DNA of 64,000 nucleotides from Promethearchaeota archaeon (GTDB taxonomy: Archaea; Asgardarchaeota; Lokiarchaeia; Sigyniarchaeales; SOKP01): the NCBI GenBank assembly GCA_048937405.1, contig JBHLNF010000002.1:352001-416000 (forward strand), given 5' to 3'. The notes under the pieces were generated by a model. It worked only from the letters and a program-made list of their open reading frames with translations, was not told the DNA's origin and ran no database searches. The translations under genes were made by a program, and so were the position numbers. Shown here in pieces: positions 58,788 to 64,000 of this stretch. The first letter of the stretch is position 1, and the number at the start of each line of letters is the position of its first letter.

Positions 58788-59777
58788 ATGCCTAAAAAAG
58801 AAAAGGAAATTGATCATCAACATACACAAAATTTAGTTATCTTTAAAGAAAAAGAAGAACTTAAGAAGAAACCAAGAGATAAATACACTTTTGAGAAAGT
58901 TGATCAAGAATATAGAATTAAATGTAAATGTAGCTTTTCTCCTTTTGGTAGTCATTTTAGATATTCAATTCTTATAGATAATCAGAGTTTGGCTCCAATC
59001 ACAGAAATGAAAATAAAGATTAGATATCCCAATTTTTTAACCCTTATTAGAGCCTTTCCGCCTACAATTAGAATACATCAAATAACTGCTGAAGAAGAAA
59101 CTAATCAGATAAATTTTGAATTTGATGAATTAAAAGAAAATAGTAATAAACAAATTCATCTTCATTTTTCTCCCAATCTCCTGGAAAAGAAAGGGGATAT
59201 AAGAACTATTGTCACTTATGTAAATAATAAGGATATTGTCAGAGTTATAGATTCAAGACCTGCAGAAATTACAGTTGATAAAATAGTATTGGAGCCAAAA
59301 GTAGTTCCTTCAAGTTTTGTAAGAGATTTTTCGAAACAGCCCGGCATTAAGAAAGTAATTAAGAGTATGGGTATTGCAATTGAGCATCAAGTGCATTCTG
59401 AAATAATATTCGATATTTTAGAACAGCTTTTTTTACTACATAATTTTCAATTAATTGCTAAGGATGTAGAAAAAAGAATTTTATGGTACATTGGAACAGA
59501 ATCCTTTAGTAAAGAAGATATTTTGGCAATTGGGCAAATCGTGTCAAATAAGATAGAAATAATCGCATCTTCGCTAGATCATTATCTCTTAATCTCCTTT
59601 TTAACACAAATTTCAAATGATTTTAAACAATTTTTAATATTAAATGGAATTATAAATTCCAAGGATAAAGTCCATGATTTAGAATGCAAAAATTGTGGAG
59701 CTATTCTAGATTATTTTCCTAAAAAAAATGAACATATCGAATGTAAAACATGCAATTACGAACAGACTGTTTGGTAA
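58788..59777 (+). CDS. Hypothetical protein: Ig-like sandwich + alpha/beta platform (adaptin/COP appendage-like) + C-terminal zinc ribbon
   Basis: Alternating beta strands (YSILIDNQS..ITEMKIKIRYP..IHLHFSP..IRTIVTYVN) followed by an alpha/beta segment; CKNC...CKTC. Confidence 0.6.
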   Translation: MPKKEKEIDHQHTQNLVIFKEKEELKKKPRDKYTFEKVDQEYRIKCKCSFSPFGSHFRYSILIDNQSLAPITEMKIKIRYPNFLTLIRAFPPTIRIHQITAEEETNQINFEFDELKENSNKQIHLHFSPNLLEKKGDIRTIVTYVNNKDIVRVIDSRPAEITVDKIVLEPKVVPSSFVRDFSKQPGIKKVIKSMGIAIEHQVHSEIIFDILEQLFLLHNFQLIAKDVEKRILWYIGTESFSKEDILAIGQIVSNKIEIIASSLDHYLLISFLTQISNDFKQFLILNGIINSKDKVHDLECKNCGAILDYFPKKNEHIECKTCNYEQTVW

Positions 59778-59812
59778 TAATCTAGAAACATAGTTGTTTA
59801 TTTATAACTGAA

Positions 59813-59842
59813 AATTTTCCAAAAAAAATTTTTTGGAAAATT
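59813..59842. repeat. 14-bp-arm inverted repeat AATTTTCCAAAAAA-aa-TTTTTTGGAAAATT (terminator or protein-binding site)
   Basis: Perfect arms about 35 nt after the 58788-59777 stop. Confidence 0.5.
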
Positions 59843-60346
59843 CCAAGAAAAAGTTCAATAAAATATTTTTTCTTAATGAGAATAATTTATATATATTTCA
59901 ATAAATTTCCTCTTATTTTTTCTTGATAAACTCTACATTTTTAATCTATTAGGTTCTAAATGTTCATTTTTTAAAAATAAATCATATTGTATAATATCAA
60001 AAATATACTTATATAGCATTTCACATCTTAACAATTTTTGCGTTATCTTTTTTAGATTCGACTATTCCAATGATCATACGCATTTTATAATGGTAATTAA
60101 TTATAAAGTACATAGATTTTAATAAAAAACGAGTTACCATGAGATAATCTTAACTTCAACGAGATTGATCATCTTCATAAGTTTGAATTTTGTCTTTCAA
60201 TTTTTTTTATTTTTTTCTCCATAAATCTAAGTTTTGATAAAAATCTTTAAATATATAAAAGATATATATCTATATAACAAACTCTTAAAAAATAACAAAT
60301 TTCGATAATAATTATAAAAAATTACATTATAGTGGAGGAATAAAAA

Positions 60347-60556
60347 ATGTCCGAATATATTAGTTGGAGTCCTATTAGAAGATTAATGAAACACAACGGG
60401 GCTATTATTGTCGCTCGTGATGCAGTTGATGAATTAGTTGATTGGATGGGTCAATCAGCTGAAAAAATCACAAAAACAGCCTTAACACTCACGAAACACT
60501 CAAAAAGAAAGAAAGTAACAAGGGATGACATTCTTTTAGCAATAAAATACTTTTAA
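60347..60556 (+). CDS. Archaeal histone (HMf-like)
   Basis: PIRRLMK, VARDA, HSKRKKV, DI histone-fold motifs; GGAGG SD. Confidence 0.92.
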   Translation: MSEYISWSPIRRLMKHNGAIIVARDAVDELVDWMGQSAEKITKTALTLTKHSKRKKVTRDDILLAIKYF

Positions 60557-60611
60557 ATTTATCTAAAAGGATGAGAAACTTTTCCTATCATCTACTTTTT
60601 TTTTCCTTATT

Positions 60612-61133
60612 TTAATCTTCAATTTTTAATTTAGGAAATTCAATATCTGAATTCCTTAGATTACATTTTGATATTAAAATCTTATTTTTTTTTTTTCTAA
60701 TTATAATTATCAAATAACCAGCGGGAATTGCTATGATAAATCCCCATAATGGAGATTTGAATATTAATAAAATACTTCCAATTGGATATAGAAAACGACA
60801 AACAAATTTGACTGTTCGATTTTTAAGTGGTTTCTTTTCTGTAATCTGAATTGCATATTGTAATATTGATGGAATCCAGCAAATTAAAAATATAATCAGA
60901 AATAAAGGTAAGTCAATATAATTTACAATAAAATAATAAAAAATATTTGCTACTATTAACGTGAAAGCAGCACCTAAAGCAAATGCAAAACATCCTATAC
61001 AAACAGCATAATTGAATATATAAAATACATGTTCATTGAAGTCCTCACGTTTAGGATTATGATGAGCTAACCAATGAATTATTTTTATATCTCTTTGAGA
61101 TACATCTTTTTGATGGTGCATTTTTTTATTCAA
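60612..61133 (-). CDS. Membrane protein, DUF2085-like
   Basis: HH.P...H......AVCIGC followed by about 4 TM. Confidence 0.6.
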   Translation of the reverse strand: MNKKMHHQKDVSQRDIKIIHWLAHHNPKREDFNEHVFYIFNYAVCIGCFAFALGAAFTLIVANIFYYFIVNYIDLPLFLIIFLICWIPSILQYAIQITEKKPLKNRTVKFVCRFLYPIGSILLIFKSPLWGFIIAIPAGYLIIIIRKKKNKILISKCNLRNSDIEFPKLKIED

Positions 61134-61218
61134 ATTATATAATCTATAACTATATGTTTATCTGATGTTATATCAAAATTTTGTCTATTGAAATTTAAAA
61201 ATTGTATGAAAAGAGATT

Positions 61219-61665
61219 TTAACAATCGCATCCACTGCAATCACAATCACAGCCACTACAATCACTACAATCACAACCACTACAATCTCCACCACCCGCA
61301 TATACAACTCCGCGGCGTCGTCTACGACCACACCCACCACATGCTATGCATAAAATTATAATAGCCCCTATTACAAGTAAAGTTATTCCTATACTACTAC
61401 TAGACCCAACTATCAATGAGGTCGCTCCAAAAGACAAAAATACAAATCCAATGATAAAAACAGCACAGATGGCAGCAACTATACCACCACCTGCACTTGC
61501 TGATTTTGGCTTAGATTCCGAAGGTATAGGGGTTGGTGTTGGTGTTGGTTGTGTTTGTTGAGCTCTTGGAATTTGACGGCTAGGTGAGTAATCGGTAGTT
61601 GCTCCACAAAAAGTACAAAATTTTGCATCATCTGGTATTTCTGAACCGCATTGAGTACAATACAT
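61219..61665 (-). CDS. Zinc ribbon + Pro/Thr linker + 2 TM + Cys-rich (DCSGC)n tail protein
   Basis: CTQC..CTFC; QPTPTPTPIP; two TM; RRRRR; GDCSGCDCSDCSGCDCDCSGCDC. Confidence 0.8.
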   Translation of the reverse strand: MYCTQCGSEIPDDAKFCTFCGATTDYSPSRQIPRAQQTQPTPTPTPIPSESKPKSASAGGGIVAAICAVFIIGFVFLSFGATSLIVGSSSSIGITLLVIGAIIILCIACGGCGRRRRRGVVYAGGGDCSGCDCSDCSGCDCDCSGCDC

Positions 61666-61848
61666 TTAAATCAATATTTGTTATATTGAAATTTATTTAA
61701 TCCTTTACTATAGAATTAATGAAGCAACTTTATAATATAAATATAGAAGTACAATATAGAAATTTAATAATCTAACATCCATTATTTATTTTTTAACTAT
61801 ATTTTAAACATAAATTTTTTTTTTTTCCAATATTTTTGAATCTCGTTT

Positions 61849-62862
61849 ATGAATGAAGTTTATCCTGATATTTTCTTAATAAAGGAAAAAGGAAATTTTG
61901 GAGTAATAAAACCTCCAGAAAATATATATGTCTTAGCTGGTTCTGACGGTATAATATATGATGCAGGTTATGGTACAAAACGAGCTGTAAATCACCTAAT
62001 TAAGGAGATAAAAGCAATAAAGAAAAATTATGAAGAACAAAATAAAAATTTTCATCTTAGCAGAATTATTATATCTCATTGTCATCCTGATCATTTCAGT
62101 GGTCTAAAAAGAATAAGAGATGCTTTAGGAGTAAAGATAATTCTCACAAATAAGAGTGCTGAAATTATAAAAAATAAGGAAAATTTTAAAAAAAGTTTTG
62201 AAGCTGATGAATACAAAGATTATCTAACAATAAGGAATAAAATTTCAAGAAGAATTGTAAATACCTTAAGATATATTAGTTCAAATTTTTTTTATCAAAA
62301 ATTTTATGGTGTGTCATATATAGATGATCCAGATGAAATTATCGAAGAAAACATAAAAATTTCAATTAATGGTGAGTTATGGAATATTTTTTCTTCTCCG
62401 GGACATGCAATTGACCATATATCTCTTTATAATGAGGAAAAAGGGATCTTATTTTCTGGAGATAATATATTAAGATCTATAACTACTTGGCTTGGACCTC
62501 CAAATTGTAATGTTGCTGAATATATAAATACTATAAAAGAAATTCAGAACCTATCTAATCTTCGATTAATTCTCGCAGCTCATGGAAGTCCTATAGAAGA
62601 TCCTAAAGAAAGAATAGTAGAGATATTAGAGCATAGAAAAGAAAGAACAAAACAAGTTTTAAATATAATTCATGATAATTTTGAATATGGAATTGCTCCA
62701 AAAGATATTATTAAATCAATCTATTCTAATACTGGTAGAGTACATCATCAAATTGCTCGTGGGTGGGTTGTACTAACTCTAAAAATGTTAGAAGAAAAAA
62801 ATTTGATAAAAAGAAAAGTTGCACAAAAAAAGATACTATTTTTCCCTGTAGAAAAGGATTAG
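61849..62862 (+). CDS. MBL-fold metallo-hydrolase with C-terminal wHTH
   Basis: YDAG, SHCHPDH, PGHA.DH, FSGD, AHG. Confidence 0.9.
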   Translation: MNEVYPDIFLIKEKGNFGVIKPPENIYVLAGSDGIIYDAGYGTKRAVNHLIKEIKAIKKNYEEQNKNFHLSRIIISHCHPDHFSGLKRIRDALGVKIILTNKSAEIIKNKENFKKSFEADEYKDYLTIRNKISRRIVNTLRYISSNFFYQKFYGVSYIDDPDEIIEENIKISINGELWNIFSSPGHAIDHISLYNEEKGILFSGDNILRSITTWLGPPNCNVAEYINTIKEIQNLSNLRLILAAHGSPIEDPKERIVEILEHRKERTKQVLNIIHDNFEYGIAPKDIIKSIYSNTGRVHHQIARGWVVLTLKMLEEKNLIKRKVAQKKILFFPVEKD

Positions 62863-63009
62863 AATCTTCGCAAACGTGATATAATACAAGTTTTAATAAT
62901 TATTTCTTAGTTAATAATTAGATTCTATTAGTAAAAGTATATTATAATATTATAAAAATTTGACAGCGATGTTATTTTTAAATGTAATTTAGTTGCAATA
63001 ATTCTTAAT

Positions 63010-64000
63010 ATGCAAAAAGAGTTAAAACACTATTTTAATGGGCCTTTCCTAAAAAAAAATCAAGTTATTCAGAGAAGTTATCAAAAAAATATTGTTAATA
63101 GCTGTAAAAATAAGAATTCCTTGGTAGTTTTACCAACAGGTTTAGGAAAAACAATAATTGGTATCTTATTAATATCTAAATGTTTATATAAATACCCAAA
63201 AGCAAAGATTATCATTCTTGCTCCTACACGACCACTAGTTTCACAACATCGAGATTCCTGTGAGAGATTTCTTGATATTGATTTAGAAGAAATTACTACA
63301 TTCACAGGAAAAATTCCACCAGAAAAAAGAATTTTGTCATTTAGAACCTCAAAAATTATAATATCTACACCTCAAGTGATCAAAAATGATCTATTGAGAG
63401 ATAGATACAATTTAAAACAGGTTTCATTAATTATTTTCGATGAAGCTCATAAAACTAAGGGTAACTATGCATATAATTTTATTTCAGAGGAATATATTAA
63501 TACATGTTCAGATCCTTTAATATTGGGATTAACAGCATCTCCAGGAAAGGATTATGATCGAATTCAACAAATATGTGATAACTTATATATTGAAAATATA
63601 ATCTTTAAAAAATATCAAGATAAAGATGTAAAGGACTATATTTATGATATTGATACGTATATTAATTTGGTAGATTTGCCAATTAAACTGAGGGAAATTA
63701 GTGCTGTTTGGTATAATTTATTTGAAAAATTTTTAAGATTTTTTATTAAAAGTAATTTGCTACCTCCGAATAAACCCTATTACTCAAAATTAGATTTTTT
63801 AGGAATATCTCGTGATTTAACATTATCTTTGTATTTTGAAAAAGAAAATACGCTTGAAATGCCAGAAGAAGAATATTTGGAGGCACTATACTATAAATCA
63901 CCTAAAATTATTGATATAGTTCAAGAAAATCAGCTTGACATCCCTTCTGTATATTCTTACTGTTCGAGTTGTATATCGATCCTTCATGCTAAAAATTTAT
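63010..64000 (+). CDS. Hef/FANCM-like DEAH helicase, N-terminal part (runs off the window; absent from the ORF track)
   Basis: Manual translation MQKELKH...RSYQ...VVLPTGLGKT...LAPTRPLVSQH...STPQV...IFDEAHK..GNYAY...GLTASPG. Confidence 0.9.
   Translation, partial: MQKELKHYFNGPFLKKNQVIQRSYQKNIVNSCKNKNSLVVLPTGLGKTIIGILLISKCLYKYPKAKIIILAPTRPLVSQHRDSCERFLDIDLEEITTFTGKIPPEKRILSFRTSKIIISTPQVIKNDLLRDRYNLKQVSLIIFDEAHKTKGNYAYNFISEEYINTCSDPLILGLTASPGKDYDRIQQICDNLYIENIIFKKYQDKDVKDYIYDIDTYINLVDLPIKLREISAVWYNLFEKFLRFFIKSNLLPPNKPYYSKLDFLGISRDLTLSLYFEKENTLEMPEEEYLEALYYKSPKIIDIVQENQLDIPSVYSYCSSCISILHAKNL

Noticed and set aside
59780-60346. Long spacer upstream of the histone gene as a replication origin or small-ORF locus
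   Set aside because: No ORB-like repeats or cdc6 nearby; only a 20-codon ORF without support
144-63305. Short ORFs in the track that overlap longer genes (e.g. 144-338, 4421-4732, 11508-11888, 34834-35312, 42189-42485, 52602-52829, 58089-58421, 63081-63305)
   Set aside because: Antisense or alternative-frame shadows of well-supported genes, with no motifs
1-64000. Selenoproteins/SECIS, CRISPR arrays, rRNA, IS elements, integrases
   Set aside because: I saw no in-frame TGA at a conserved Cys position, no regularly spaced repeats and no such gene motifs; this was a by-eye scan

Overview
Very AT-rich archaeal chromosomal segment, most consistent with an Asgard archaeon (Lokiarchaeia-like). It carries archaeal housekeeping genes (Pth2, TruD, AspRS, ThrRS, GluRS, MetAP, Prs, RibL/RibK, SRP19, rpS8e, proteasome beta, histone, Alba, Hef). 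Eukaryote-signature-type proteins are interspersed: a Rab-like GTPase, an Rpn11/CSN5-like MPN protein, a longin-wHTH protein, and PCI-like and adaptin-appendage-like proteins. I saw no CRISPR array, rRNA, transposase or integrase. Beyond the ORF track I found: (i) two tRNAs (Arg-GCG, Pro-GGG), each with two BHB-type introns, three of the four at non-canonical positions; (ii) two extensively base-paired, largely non-coding elements (7095-7546 and ~46200-46463) that match no RNA family I recognise, the first with a TATA box and T-tract in the expected places; (iii) an orphan CheR-coiled coil-CheD fusion whose CheD catalytic Cys is replaced by Gly, next to a longin-domain gene; (iv) two genes whose conserved N-terminal domains need a non-canonical start (ATT/ATA); (v) three small cassettes bounded by relic duplications (MTase 5' end, amidase 3' end, tRNA-Pro 3' end); (vi) an acyltransferase-GT87-acyltransferase cluster reminiscent of GPI-like glycolipid assembly. 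All family assignments come from motif recognition by eye; no database searches or folding computations were run.
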